A stretch of DNA of 64,000 bases from Tubiluchus corallicola (Eukaryota; Animalia; Priapulida), in NCBI GenBank assembly GCA_030141605.1, contig JAQGDQ010000131.1, positions 248,001 to 312,000 on the forward strand, in the 5' to 3' direction. The notes under the pieces are model-generated. The model was not told the origin of the DNA, did not search any database, and worked only from the letters and a program-made list of their open reading frames with translations. The position numbers and the translations under genes are program-made. Position 1 is the stretch's first letter. Each line of letters starts with the position of its first letter. Below, piece by piece: positions 37,506 through 52,411 of the stretch.

Positions 37506-39474
37506 TACTTAAAATTTTATACGAAATTTTGTAGCCCAGAGCCATTTACTTTGCTGGTTTAATTAGTAGTAGGCTTACCTAAATTTAAACTTTTTGAAAT
37601 ATGATGTACTAGTATTTGCTTGGCAAAGAAAAGAAAAAAGACAGTTACGACGGATTAAAAATGATTTGACAAAACAACGAAATGGTTGAAATCTGAGAGT
37701 TTGTAGTTGAAATGAAAGGTTCGTATTTGAAAAACCTTTGTTTAAATATAGATTTAATTCAAAGCTTTCCACATAATAATTTTCAATGGTGTACAAGTGA
37801 TTTCTTTCGAGATCACTCATAGGTAATATCAAAAATTTTAAATGTTAATAGATATTAATAATGTGGGATTAGAAATGTTATACGTACACTGTTTTCCTTC
37901 GTATAATTGAGACCATGTACTTGCTCAAGATGAACATCAATCTCGTCCAATATCTTCTTAATTCGTTTATGCTCTTTGTCCGTGTGTTTGACTTTGAACA
38001 AACCAATCTGACGGTTGAACTCATAAAGTGAAGTTCGCGATCCTCTGGTAGGCTAAAATACACCAAAATTACTTTTTTAATAAGTAAATTAATCAATTGA
38101 TCAACTGACCGATCAACAAACCAACCAACCAACTGACCGAAAACCATTCAGCAACAGCTCAACTGACTGTTATAATTCATCAAGTAAGGTCTAGAAAAAA
38201 GCAACACGATAATTATACCAATGACAAGAAAAAAGTAGTAAAGAAAACGAGACTAAATTATCGAAAAAAACAAGACAACAGTGAGTTTTGATGAGAAAGT
38301 TGTTAATAAAAAATAAATAAACTACGTAAGTACGCATAAGCTAAATAGCTATTTCTCATCTGTCAGTTATCGACGGTTGTGCCGCCACTCGTCGCTAACC
38401 GGTATTAACTGTTGCCTGTATTGCTATAGCAGTCTGGGCAAGTTATATACTCCAGTAACCATAATGAAGAAACAATCTTAGCTATTTTGTACAACTTACG
38501 GAAATTTAGCCTGAAGTAAACAGGCAGCCGGGCGTGCCATTAAAGTTAAATGAAATGTTGACCCCATCTTGACCTCGTCTTAAACGAGCTGAACTTTTGT
38601 TAAAGACAGTCGGAGTCCGACGTTTTGGCGAGTACAACAATGCAATCTCCAGGCACTGAACATTTTTACCTAGATAATAAGTGCTGCTATAATTGGAAGA
38701 ATTTTAAAGCTAACTGTTTTTTGCCACACATGACTAAGAAAAAGGGCATACATATAAAGAAAAGAGGAAAACTGGATGAATGATGGGGTTCCCGCGGACT
38801 CGTGCCCAGTAGCATGTATCAAAGGCTTGATCGTTAAGTCTTAAGTTGCTAAAATTACCAAGATTACGATTCTTTGGGGCTTGGTCCAAATGTTAAACTG
38901 ATGACTTCAGTCCTCGGTAATTAGTGATCAGAAAAAGCTGATGCTAAAGCTCTCATAAAATTAAAGTGCATTTGTTTACTTGTTTGTTTCTTATAAACAC
39001 ATAAACAAACAAACTGAACAAACCGGTAAAAATTTGCTATGATTACAGAATAAAATATCCAGGAGTGTGGCAGATTACATTTTTCAAAGCGGGGTGCTTT
39101 TCGGCTAAATATATGGGGTTCATTAAAAGAAATTTTACAAGACGCTGTAATATAAATTTTTAGAAAATGTAATAACCTTTTTAAATAATAATAATTATTG
39201 ATGAAATTTTTTTATTAAAAATTCATGTTTTGTCACGTCTGTACACTATCTGACAGACAAACTATACTAGTTTAATTTAAAGAACATATTTAAGCGCAAA
39301 ATTTCAACTAAGCTAAGGCAAAAAGCTGATATGTGAGACTTTTGACATTTTTGGAGTTACTCTGCCAACGTTTTCTTAACTAATTTTCATCTGGTGATAT
39401 TAGACTGTAAGACAATCCAAAGTACCAGTGAAATTACATAAATTTTCATTATTGTGACATATAGTGGAGCTGTG

Positions 39475-40365
39475 TCATTGTATAGTTTCTTCAAGGATGC
39501 TGTTGTCACTTTGAAGTTCGTAAAAATATTTCGTATCTTCAATCCAATTCAAATAGTTAGAAATTTTTGCAGCAACAATCACTGTCGTGAAATCATTTTT
39601 GTCAGTTGCGCTGACTATGACACCAATCACATCTGCTGTATCGGTTAGTACCATAGGTCCTCCTGAATCACCTTCTGTAACACTACGAGTCGCATAATAC
39701 GTGCAGATATTAGTGACTTTGCTATAATAAATACAGGCACCAATATCAAGTACCGTTAATTCAGCTTTCTGTAAACGATCGTGTATACGTTTTGGCAAGC
39801 CTCTAATTCCAAGAGTACCCCATCCTGCAATTAAAACTTGTTTATTAATATAATCGTGTCTGTCACAAATTGGCAATTTAGCAGGTAGAACGTCGTTGGC
39901 ACTTCCTGTAATGATGGTATACTCAACGCGTCTGTTCAATCGTACAAGTGCAAGATCGTGCTTCGACCAATGTCCACGGCTCGAGTTGTAGCTAGGATAC
40001 AACTTATACCACCTTACCCAACGGATTACAGGCGACTCCCACACGTTGTTGTCTCCGATATATATTTTTAAATGTTTTCCAGGTTCTTTAACTTTTTTAA
40101 AACAATGGGCTGCTGTCAATACCCATACATTATCGATTATAGTTCCTCCACAAGATGTACCATTAAAGACAAGAAAAACTATATAAGTAAATTCTCTTTC
40201 AACGACTTCTTCTCCACCACGAATCCTTGGTTCAGCAGGATGTTTCGTAACATCATCAAATGAACTTCCAGTAGATGTGGAAGACAAGGGCGCCAATGTA
40301 CACAGACATGCATCAAACCAGAGTCATGTGTGACAGACTAGGATAAGAATAGTTGGCACATCCAT
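39475..40365 (-). CDS. Trypsin-like (S1A) serine protease, intronless; catalytic domain intact but 5' end disrupted (possible young pseudogene)
   Basis: Activation site PR|IRGG; CGGTII..WVLTAAHC; HDLAL; GWG; GDSGGP. In-frame ATG at 40365 is followed by TGA at codon 14 (40326-40324). The alternative ATG at 40327 gives MTLV* and is out of frame. Confidence 0.8.
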
Positions 40366-40899
40366 TTCGCCTTCCAATTGAGATTACAAATTTAGAGTAG
40401 TACAAATAGTCCTCATTCAGGAACTCTTTGGAGTAATACTAACATGTAGATCTTTTGTTTAGATTCACACATGGAGAGATATGCAGAAGTAACACACGAA
40501 TGCCACTATAAATAACTAATGCAGGAGCAATCATGAGTTGTACACGTAGGAATATTATACTAAAAATAAGGTTAACTTGTAAAGGGCGTTTGCAATGATT
40601 ACTTCTGTACAGATCCAGAGATTGAGAACATTTGTTAAGCATCATGCTTGACAATTATTGTACAAAATAATAGCCTATCTTTTTGAGAACTAGGAAAATA
40701 CCGAAAGTACTCTTTTAAAGGCTTGTAAAAATGTAAAACTTTTTACAAATCCCTGTACAATAAATTACAGGAGATCGGTGACATCAGAACAATGAGCCTG
40801 ACATTGTCTTGCAGTTGCGACATTTAAAAACTTGTTTATCAGTTATCCACCAAATGTAAAAACAAGCCGCACAATGGAACATTGTGAGAATGGAATAGG

Positions 40900-41594
40900 C
40901 CTGAAAACACCAGTCACTTCTCCTGTATCTTTTAAACCCATATGCCAACTTGGATTACCGTCTGCACCACCTGAATCAATGTAGTTTGATTCATATATCT
41001 GCAGGTTCAATGCGGCTCAATATCTGATACGTGCAGATATTAGTGACTTTACTAAAATAACGACAGCCACAAATATTGTCATTTACTGTTAATTCGGCTT
41101 TCTACAATCGATCATGTAGGCGTTTTGTTAAGTCTTTAATCCCAGAACTTCCACATCCTGGGATTAGAACCTTTTCGTTAATGTACTCATCTTAGCAACA
41201 AATAGCAATTTAGTAGACAGAATATCGTTTTCGCTTCCTGTAATGATGGTGCCCACAATACGTCTGTTCATTCGCACAAGAGCAAGATCATGCTCCCACT
41301 AATAGCCTCTCGAGTTTCATCTAGGATGCAACTTCTACCACCTAACCCATCGGATTAATAGTAACTTCCACACGATGTTTTAAGTGTTCTCTAGATTCTT
41401 CAACTCGTCCAAAAGAGTGGGCTGCTGCCAATACCCAGAGATCGATATGACAAATCCTTCACAACAGTTAGCAGGAAAGATTAGAAGAACTATATAAGGA
41501 AATTCTCTTTCAATTATGCTTCTCCACCACGAATCCTTGGCTGAGCAGTAATGATGAGGACAATATAGACAAACCGGCAACAAACTAGAGTCAT
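40900..41594 (-). pseudogene. Tandem paralogous serine protease pseudogene
   Basis: MTLVCCRFVYIVLIITAQPRIRGG, then IIEREFPYIV, WVLAAAH, HDLALVR, TNICTY and DSGG, with frameshifts and stops. The upstream flank (41920-41978) duplicates 40789-40874. Confidence 0.88.
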
Positions 41595-43357
41595 GTGTTA
41601 CACACTAACACAAGTACAGCTGCCTAATCCATTTTGCCTTCTAGTTAGGACCACAGTAGTTATTTCCATACAGATCATTTGTTTACAATCACTCATACAG
41701 AAATACTCAGAAATAACACATGCACGTCACTGTCATAAAAAATTCATACTGGAGTAATCATGGGAAATGCATATAATTATGAAGATGATACTAACTTTGC
41801 TCTTCAAACACTTCTGTATCGTCCCAGAAATCAAAAAATCTTTGTTCAGTACCGTGTTTAACAATTGTGTAGTTTGAAAAATCTAAAATATTTTGTGAAA
41901 CAATAAAATTGCATCAGAAAACAATAGCCTGACATTGTCGTGCAGCTGCAACCAGCAAATGTGAAAACAAGCGCACAACATACTTTTCTTTACTTATGAT
42001 TCTTTTTCTGTGCAAAACTTTTAGCCGCGGATTTAGCCTCTATGACTGAATATTCGCTGAAAATATTTTTGATTAGCATGCTGAATTGGTCAAAATTCTT
42101 GATACTGTGAAACAGAAGATTACCAGACTAGGAACTTATTGCAAGATTCAGCATTTCAAGTAAGATGTATTCCCAAGATCAGTGATGTGGTAAATTGGAA
42201 AAGATCGTTTAAGTCCTTAACAATTCACATTTTCTAACAGTAGCGCCCATCTAAATGGAATTAATGTAATTACCAAGGTTTGACTGTTGAAGTATACGCA
42301 ATATCACCTGCTCTATTTATGCCTAAGTCTTTGCAGTATACTAACAATTTTGCCAGATTGGATTCAGACCTTGAAGAACTTGAAAATGTAGAACAGGAAA
42401 CTACTGGAGAATTAAGTTTTCAACTCAATAATTTAACTATGCAAAAGTAGACAATTCAAAGTGCTATTTAGAGCCGAGACCACATAGGAAAACCTCACTA
42501 CTTAAACTGCATCTAAACATGGAAAAATCCACGGGAAGGATATCTGTTTTTCTGACTTTCTGGACTGTTCAATACAGTTAAGTTAAGTATATCTAATATA
42601 AAACTTCATTCATAGTATGTGGATATGTCTTGTATGAAGGAGATGCCGGCAAACTATTTTTTGCACGATTTCATGCAACTTGCACAGCTTTTTGTCAAAA
42701 GTGTACGTTACAGAAGTAACTTACAAGATACGTGTATCACAAATCTTTTGCAAATCTGCAGAAATTTGCACAATTTAAGTACGAAAGCACCATAGGATGA
42801 CGGCTTTGCTTTGCCTCTCAGCTTGATTTCGTTAATGATATTCAATAGTGTACTTCTTTTTTTGTTTTCTTTGCGTGGCCATGAATGAATTTAAAAGTGA
42901 ATCAATGGCTCCCACTCTTTCTATGAAAGACCTATGAACGGTTTAGTATGACCAGAGATTTTTTTGAAGCTTTTTGACTGAAGCTAGGCCGATTTCAGCC
43001 GTACGTAAACTTCAGAAACGTACGCAATACCAATATCCAAAACTTTTGCAAAGCATCAACAGTTTAGTAAAGATCAAGCTAAACTTCTCTTGCAACGCGA
43101 GGTCATTCACCTAATGCCGTATAAATTATTACAGATAATGTTACACAGTGTTTTTAACATTACAAAAGTTATTACAATTCGTCCACTCTTATTACTTAAA
43201 TGATCGATATTACTCACGTAAATAATAGAATTTCTAGTTTTATAGCAATTTGTGCTATAATAAATTGTACATAACGTGAACCAGTCACAGGCTCGAAATT
43301 GGAAAAAAAATTTCAATGAGTACCGTAAATGCCTAGGCAGAGAATGAAGTTCATCCA

Positions 43358-43358
<1 letters not shown>

Positions 43359-43455
<97 letters not shown>
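43359..43455. repeat. (ATT)n microsatellite
   Basis: Directly visible. Confidence 0.98.
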
Positions 43456-43456
<1 letters not shown>

Positions 43457-45149
43457 CAGCTTCCTCCGCAAACATTATGAAATATTGAATTTACAGGTGT
43501 TTCACTGAATTCTGCTTATATAAATGTGAGACTGAAAATTGCTTGTGGTGCATATACGCTGAAACTGGTACAAGTTAAATCACTTAGCGAGACGTGAGAT
43601 CTGTCGATATATGCAATATAACCCAGCACACAGTGAAAAAAGGCTCTTGCCTTTGAGCATAAAACGGGGAGAGAAATGAAATTATGAGTATGTAACAGTT
43701 TTGAAAATTTGGAATATTTACACAGTTTTTTTTGTTTGGAGCAAATAGTTCTATTAGAAAGAGAAGTGACTTTGTAGAACTGTAAATGTTTGTAGAACGG
43801 AATTGTTATCTCACTGCTATTAAGGGTTTCTTTTCTTAGTTATTGTGTGATTATTAATTATAGTGTTTAACAAGCCTAATTTTTAGTGGTTTCAACGAAT
43901 TTTGTGATTTTTAGGATATTTACTTACCAAGCGAACCTGAATCTGTCCTGGTGGAAAACACGTGACGTAATCCAAAATCACAGGTATCAAGAAACACAGG
44001 TATAAGCACAGGTAGGACGTATGATGCGTCCGCATCTCTCTAAACCGGACTCTGCAGCCGCTGAGGCTGCTTCAGACATTTAGAATCGAAAGCGAAGGTC
44101 ATTTGATCATTTTCCGTATACGCAAACGTCGGCACCGCTCACCTGTACCGTTCTACCTGTGCTTTACTTGTTTTACCTGTGCAGGTAACTGTCTACGCTC
44201 TTTCTGGGTCAACTTCGTACGCGCGTAGCGAGACGCCTGCATTCAAACCGTCCGCTAGCTGTTCTTTTCTAACCGGTCAGATTTCACTAAAAATGGTTCG
44301 TCCGGCACACGTCAGAGTGCGCTTTGTCTTCCCACATTGAGACTAACATTCACTTTCATTTCATTTCACATTTGCAACAGGATGTTTGTCGAAATGAGTT
44401 CACTGGTTGTGTTTGTACCATGCTCTGTGTGTGTCATGGTGTCCGAACCCACTAAATCGACCTTGTGCTTGACAGAAATCATCGCAAAAAATAAAATATG
44501 GCGTACGTCTCACGAGGCCATCATCACAGGTCACCATCAGAATGAGAAAAACTGTGCATCCTCTTTAACTTGCCCCTTGTAAAGATGTTCTCCTAACTTC
44601 ATAATTTCTTGTTTTTGTTTTGAAGATGTTCCGTAATTCCTCACGTGTCCTTGACCAGTTGAGATAAATATTTGACACACTTGGCTCTTTGTGAATGAGA
44701 GAACGGTGTTAGCCTTCTTTTGGGGAGAATGTAGATTACACTGCAAAAGAACATAATCAGCCGACGAGAAAAGCAGAAAAAGGAGAAAGAAATAGCATAA
44801 AAGGAAATAGTATTCTGTTGCTGCACTGGGTTATTCTTCTATAAAAAAAGGATCCGAAGAGGTATGCATGTATGGTAGAGTTTTAGTAAGAGAATGACTG
44901 CTTAATGACATTTGGGGTTAGAATAACCAAATAAGCGAACGAACAAATAGAATGAGCCCGATAGACAAGCAAACAAACGAATGAAAGAAAAAGCAAGAGA
45001 CCGAATGACAAAAAATGAACAAGAAAATGACAAACAAAAGAATAGTTGGGCAAACAAGCAAATGAAACGGATGAATAATAAGGAAATTATAATAATAAGC
45101 AAGGGAATTTTAGAAACGAAATAAAAAATGAATGAATTAATTAATAAAT

Positions 45150-45282
45150 GAACGAATGAGTGAGTGAATGAATGAATGAATGAGTGAGTGAGTGAGTGAG
45201 TGAGTGAGTGAGTGAGTGAATGAATGAGTGAATGAATCAATCAATCAGTCAGTCAGTCAATCAGTCAGTCAGTCAGTCAATT

Positions 45283-45332
<50 letters not shown>

Positions 45333-45360
45333 CAATCAAACATTCAATCAATCAATCTAT
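45150..45360. repeat. Compound tetranucleotide repeat (TGAA/TGAG/TCAG/TCAA)n
   Basis: Directly visible. Confidence 0.95.
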
Positions 45361-46699
45361 CAATAAAGGTCTAGCAAGCACAAGATTCGGTAGGTGAACT
45401 AACAGGCACAGTATGCAAACTTAGCGGACATTTATTGGCAAAATGCGGGTCAGTAAACCACCCACAAATCCACTCCACCCGAAAGTAGATCCGCCTTTTG
45501 CGCGGTAGCATAGCACAATCGCATTGGAATTAGAGCGAGAAGTTTACGTGGCCATGCCTTGGTGTTACACTAGTGCAGCATAGTTTAGTTGATGTTATAT
45601 TGCTCTATTCCTGGAATACTGTAACAAAGGTATAACATAACGCAGGATGCGAACCATCTTATCAAAAATTAGCCCTAGAAAACGTTGGTTCATCTTGCAA
45701 AAATAAATATTAAGCCACTCCAACTGGACTGCAACGTCGTTTTGGAGCCAATTATTAACCAAGAATAAGAATAGATTTTCATCGTTTTAGTACTCACTCA
45801 ACTCATCTTAGTTGTTTATTATAGCTGTATTCAAATCCGAGCTTAGGTTACCGAGATACAGAGACGACACTGATTAATGATTAGCAAAATTTACAATTAT
45901 TTTGCTTCCCCCAGCGTTTCCCGTGGCATACTCTTAAAACTGTCACATCGAAAAAACGAAAAACAATCTTCCATGCTCTGCGGTCGCATTCTAAAAATCG
46001 CTTGCAAACACTGCGCTATCATTGCTGGCTCATCAAAAAGTGGCTGATGGTAGTCGCTAGTGTGAGTTGCGCTCCGAAAAAAATTAACACATCATAGAAT
46101 GCTGCATATGTTCTTTACATTGGTTGAATGAACATTTACTCAAATAGCTTAACCATTTAATCCTATTACATAATACTACGTAAAATTTGTTGCGAGTATT
46201 GAAGAGTCTTTAAGTATCTTATCTACACTAATAATTTTCTGTCTGTGGCAAGACGGTAGATAAAATTAATAACCTAGTGACCGTCATTATAAATGTAGAA
46301 GGTTCACTCAAATGTTATTTGATTTCATTAAAATGCATTTAAAATTGCATTTAAAAAGTCATCGCATCATGATCAATTAATTTTTTAGCGATTATATGCG
46401 CTACTCAAACGTCTCAAATCATTGCGATTTGTTGCAAATTGTTCCAATGTGGGTTTTATATGTGTGCAAATAATAACGCTACATACGTATATGTGTATTT
46501 ATCGTATTATCCGTACATGTAGACAAAATTTTCACAAGAAGCCGGCAAGTGGTTTTCCATTGTCACATACATACAGTTACAGTTTTACAGTTCAGTTGTC
46601 ACAGAAAATCACAATGTTATAGAACTTAAACCTCAGACCGTTTTCGATTTGTTTTCATCCATACTCTAATATACCAGATGAAATGTACATTACTACAAT

Positions 46700-47400
46700 T
46701 CTACCAAAGTATGTTAAACTTACTGTTAAAGTTGGGAACACCTTAGGAAGCACTTTTAGTACAAATATTGGGGTCCACAGGGAGACTGTCTTAGTCCAAT
46801 GCTTTTCACGTTCTACCTAGCAAATGCACTTAAGATCCAAACTCCCCCAAATGATGATCATGATTACGATACCACTGTCTGCAATAACCTTTTTCAACAT
46901 GTTCTGGACCATTCCTATCCTGCTTTGGAATCCAATGAACCATTCCTTATTGATCAACAATACGCAGATGTTATAGGATGGATTAGTGTATCAAATTTTC
47001 AAACTAACACAATAAAAGGGATTTTCCAAAATAAAACTAGAGAAAAGAAATCTTCAAGTAAACCAGTCAAAAACAGAAGAATATATTATTGCAAGAGATG
47101 GTAATCAGTCTCGGAAAACGTGCAAGAATGTATTAACTAGCAAGAAATAAAATCTTAACATAAGACTTCGATGATATAATGCTTACGTTACCACCATATT
47201 TACGTACAACAGCGAAACTTTGGGTTTAACGATTCCTCAAGAAAAACAGATTGACACATTTCATAGAAGTCTTCTATGGAAAGTTTTAAAGATGACATGG
47301 CCATACATAATCAAAAATGAAGATTTGTACACCAGAACGAAAGAAACTTCTTGGAGTTCAAAAGTCAAGATCCGAAGATTAAGATAGCTAGGACATGGAT
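46700..47400 (+). mobile_element. RTE-clade-like LINE remnant (RT and C-terminal region)
   Basis: PQGDCLSPMLFTFYL...QQYADVI (RT core), then LR*YNAYVTTIFTYNSETLGLT...IDTFHRSLLWKVLKMTWP..IKNEDLY...IRRLR*LGH. Confidence 0.8.
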
Positions 47401-47965
47401 AGTTAAGATAAATAAAGATGTTCAACAACTTCAACCAAATCTATCTTTGGGAGTAGAAGAATTTACGCAGTTAACTGCAGATAGAAGTGGGTGAAATACT
47501 CTGATAAATGTTGATACCTCAATGCCTACAATAGGTGGAATGAGTCTTTGAAGAAAAATACTCTAATATGTTTCGGTTATTATGAGTCATATGTTAATCA
47601 AATGCAAGAAAAAATTCAAGACACTACTTTTATGCACTTTCGGCAAGGATTCTGTTTCTCTTGAGAATGCGCTGATAAGCTTAATTTTTGATCAGTTAGA
47701 AACGTGTAACTGAATTAACGTTCACTTTCGCTTGTAACGTGATTATATTATTGTAATTATTCCGTATTCTACAGGCGTTTTCTTCAGCTCAGGGCAATGT
47801 GAAGAAAACAGTCCTGTCAGCAGCCTTGTCTTAAGGTCGAACTGAGTGCTACAAACGTTCAGTAATACTGGTTGTAATCAATGCACTAATCATTAATCAA
47901 CCTGTCCGTATAGTTTACATTGATCTTGTTTTACACTAGTTCTACTTGTGTATTGTTGGTATGCT

Positions 47966-48312
47966 ATATATTATATTATATTATATTATATTATATTATA
48001 TTATATTATATTATATTATATTATATTATATTATATTATATTATATTATATTATATTATATTATATTATATTATATTATATTATATTATATTATATTATA
48101 TTATATAATATAATATAATATAATATAATATAATATAATATAATATAATATAATATAATATTATATTATATTATATTATATTATATTATATTATATTATA
48201 TTATATTATATTATATATTATATTATATTATATTATATTATATTATATTATATTATATTATATTATATTATATTATATTATATTATATTATATTATATTA
48301 TATTATATTATA
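47966..48312. repeat. (TTATA)n pentanucleotide satellite with an internal inverted (TAATA)n block
   Basis: Orientation switches at ~48106 and ~48161. Confidence 0.95.
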
Positions 48313-49973
48313 TATTAATAGAACAATATCTTTTGTAGTGAATCATTTACTCTTAAAAAAGAGTTTCAAGGAAAGAACAAGCCACTTAGTATATTGGATT
48401 TATATACTGTTATCACTTAAACTTGGAAAAATATAGCAAAAAAAATTTGCAAAAAAATGGTTAGAAAGCATAAATTTAAAATATTGTACCTCTGAATAGA
48501 AATTTTCTGGCGTGGTGGTTGCCGCCATTCACTTGAAAATCGTGACGTAACTGGGAGGCTTCGTGACTTTCCGTAAGCGCGCGTTGCTTGAATTAATTCA
48601 AACTTGTGTAGGTTATCTAATGTTGACGCGAAAATATTGCGAAATTAGCAATCGAACTTATTTTACTTTTGATGAAGATTGACAGTGCGCTATTTTTCTT
48701 CAAGATGAATGACGTCATTTGAAGAAGAATGGGCAATTAAAATGGGAGCGCCGAAGCTTAAAATGATAGCGACTTTAAAGTGATTTACTAATTACACGAG
48801 GTGCGTATTGCAGCTTTTGTACAAAATCCTTCTAACATTTTTCGCGAACATTGATGTAAGCCTAAACTCCTAGAAGGCTTGGCCTTTCCTAAGTTTATGT
48901 TTAACTTCTTTTACTATTTCATATACTTTACATGAGCTATATACATTATAAGTTGCTAATTTGTGGAAGAACATTTTAGTTAGCTTCATTGAATATTTTC
49001 CTGAAACTTTAACTAACCTAAATTATAAGTACAATACATAAACAATTAACTTTAGGCAAAAACCCTGTAAATTTTCTGGTCAGAACAAATGTGCTCATCA
49101 AGTCCAGTGCATTTCAAACATTTCCAATTTTATTTAGTAAACGGATTACTGCTCTGATTGTTGTTTAGTTTTTGTGTAGTAAGAGGTAAAAATATTCCTA
49201 GTATTTCTACAAACTATATTAATTCTTTGATAGGGATTTCCATTTTTGGAATATTTTTGGTTATATTTGAACAATTTAATGATGGAAAAGCACTTTTTCC
49301 TTAGCGTGCAAGATGGCTCGGACGTGAAAAATCTAAACAAAAAACTGCTTAACTTCAAATAAAAACACATTACAATTACAAACTTTTCATAACTCACATG
49401 GTTTAGCTTCATAAACTTCACTAGCAACTTGTCTTAGTTCTGCCTAGGATTGTAAGCCGTAATACCTAAATTAGCAAAAAAGTAGGACCATTACAAACAG
49501 ATCTTCCATTTTTCGCTAAGCGAAAATACCAATTATTTAGATTACACCATTACACAGTTTTGTACATCCTGCTTCCTACTCGATGTATTTCTAACACTCG
49601 CGATCCTTCATCAATAAGAAATTAATGCAAACCGTGTCCTGGTCATTAAGTCTTATCTTGCTCTGCATTGCAACACATTATGCGTAAGTCCTATAAGGAA
49701 GTAATTTTAAACTGATATTAGTGAGGGTATACAATTAGACCAGTATTTTAGCGGCAATTTATTATTTAGGCTGCCAGAGTAAATCACTTCTGATTAGCCG
49801 TGTTAGCCAACTGCATTTCTCTTGGCATGTCCAGTCGATGAATCATATATTTTTTGCAGCATTGTTAATTAATTTTTTAGCATTTTTCTTAGCTGACGAC
49901 ATTCACTAAGAAATAAATTATGAATTGCTTTATAATTAATTAGTTCTCAGTTTTCAGTATATACGTAAGCTTT

Positions 49974-50234
<261 letters not shown>

Positions 50235-52411
50235 AGGAATTACAGTTCATTGGTATATGTATGCACACATACTGCTTTTACGATGTGAAGCATTAAAGAA
50301 GACGTCTATAGGGAAATAAGTGTAAAGAGATTATAGAAGGTGGTTACTCTTTAATGTACAGCGCAATGAAAGCAGGAGGTTCAAAATTTAAATCCTGGCT
50401 GAAATTGAATTTTTACAGCTTTTTTTTACTAGGAGCTAATTTCCTCTTCTGAAGTTAAAATGAATAAAATAAACACATATTATATACTGTATTTACGTTG
50501 ATTATCCAATTGTATGTACGGATAAAATTAATAGTAGGCCTGCTGTTCGTGTTTTAGTGTACACTGCCACTGCCACTGCCACCATAGTTATCCAACTTTT
50601 GAGGTCCAATGTTATGTTGATCAAAGACGTGCTTTAAGAATATTATGAAACAGTGGCATCAGTTTTTTCTTAAAAACCGTATGTGTGCTGTGGTGTTTAA
50701 TGGAATTACAATCCAATTAAGTTACCAGAACTTTTATAGCAAGTTGGCAATTTTTGTTGTAGTATTAAATGTGTCTGTGCTGTTGTGTTAATTCTTTCAT
50801 TTGCAATGTCAGAACGTGAAAAGAAAAAGGTTTTTGAAGAAAAGAACGAGGTTTTTGAACATAGTTGAAAATTTCATTATTACAATTTTATATAGTCACG
50901 AAAGTGTACAATATATAATTTTTATAGAATTTACAACCATTTAATAAAGAAATTTGAAAAAAATATAATCGTTATAAGGTACACAGCGTATTATTTAATT
51001 ACAATAACAAATATCAGGCCCTCGTTAAATTTCCTAATTATTTTAATTAAAATCTTAATTATTATCACAAGCAAAGAAACGTTTATAAAAGTAAATGATG
51101 AGAAGAAACACAATAAAGCAGAATGTAATTTCGCTTATGTAGATAATAAATATTTTGAAGTTAACTACTAATAGCTTCTGAAAAATAGGTGCTTGTTGCT
51201 ACTGCATTACAGACAAGATATGAACAAATTTGAAGTACGATTCAAAGATGGCGCTAAAACATATGCAATGTCTAGAGTGCCTGTAATATATATGTACTCA
51301 AAGCAATGTCTACTCAACGTCACTTTATCACTAGTTTCATTATAACGATATTATTCCTAGGATAAAAAATGAAAAGAGAAAAATAGCACTGAAATTAGTG
51401 AAAACGTATTTGCATGCCTTTATTATATAGTGAATACGTGTTTTACAGGTACACATTCGACTAATTTTCACCGATAGACAAATACAAATAGACAAATGCT
51501 TCTTCTTTCTATAAAAGTTCTTGCTCTGCTCTAATTTCATGGTTGATCTCTATAAATAGAAAAACTACTTTATGCACCAAAAGTTTCTTACGAGAGTGCA
51601 AGTGCTGTAGAAAATACCAATACCAAGATGCAAATGTTTGCACATAGGTGCCAGATTCATATCTATGGTAGTCTGCATAGGTCAAGGAGCTCAATGTATG
51701 TGTAAGCAGTTTTATAAACATCTTTTGAATAAAACGTGTCAAGTAAAAAGGTCGTTTCAGGCATATTGTTATATGTGTATCAGCAGCGCTAAAAGTAAGT
51801 CATTCCAACTGCTGTTGTTATACTTTATCTAATTCGTTAGTTTATTTAGTGCCTTTTGGCTATTAAAATGACCGAAAACAAATAAATAATATGAACAACT
51901 GCAATTCGTCAGAACAAATATCAGAATAAACAAAATGCGGCTTTACACGAACTGCAACAATCGCCAATACACTGTAGTTGCCAGTGCACTCGTGCTTATA
52001 CGTCCAATTAGGACTATGCAGGATATTTTTAAATACACTTCATCTACAATGCCTGAGAGTGGCGAAGGCCCAGCTACGAAAGATTTTCGCCACAGAATAA
52101 GTTTTAAGTTTGGCATGAGCCAAGGAGCTTTAAAAGTCTGAAAAATGAGGGTTATGACCGCATAATTTCACTCAATCGTTCTGTCACTCCTTTTTGCTCT
52201 TATGTATACGACTTTGGGTAGGACACATTTCGACATGAGTCAATGCTCATTTGAAATCATTCCACTGATTTCTGCATGTTTTGGATTGCTTCCAAAATCG
52301 CTTGCAGTGTTGCATGTATACTGTTTTATGTACATGTATGTATTTATTTAATTAGTTGCCTTAAAACTCGCTGCAGTTGTTTCGACAAATACAAGTGAAC
52401 CATTTATCATT

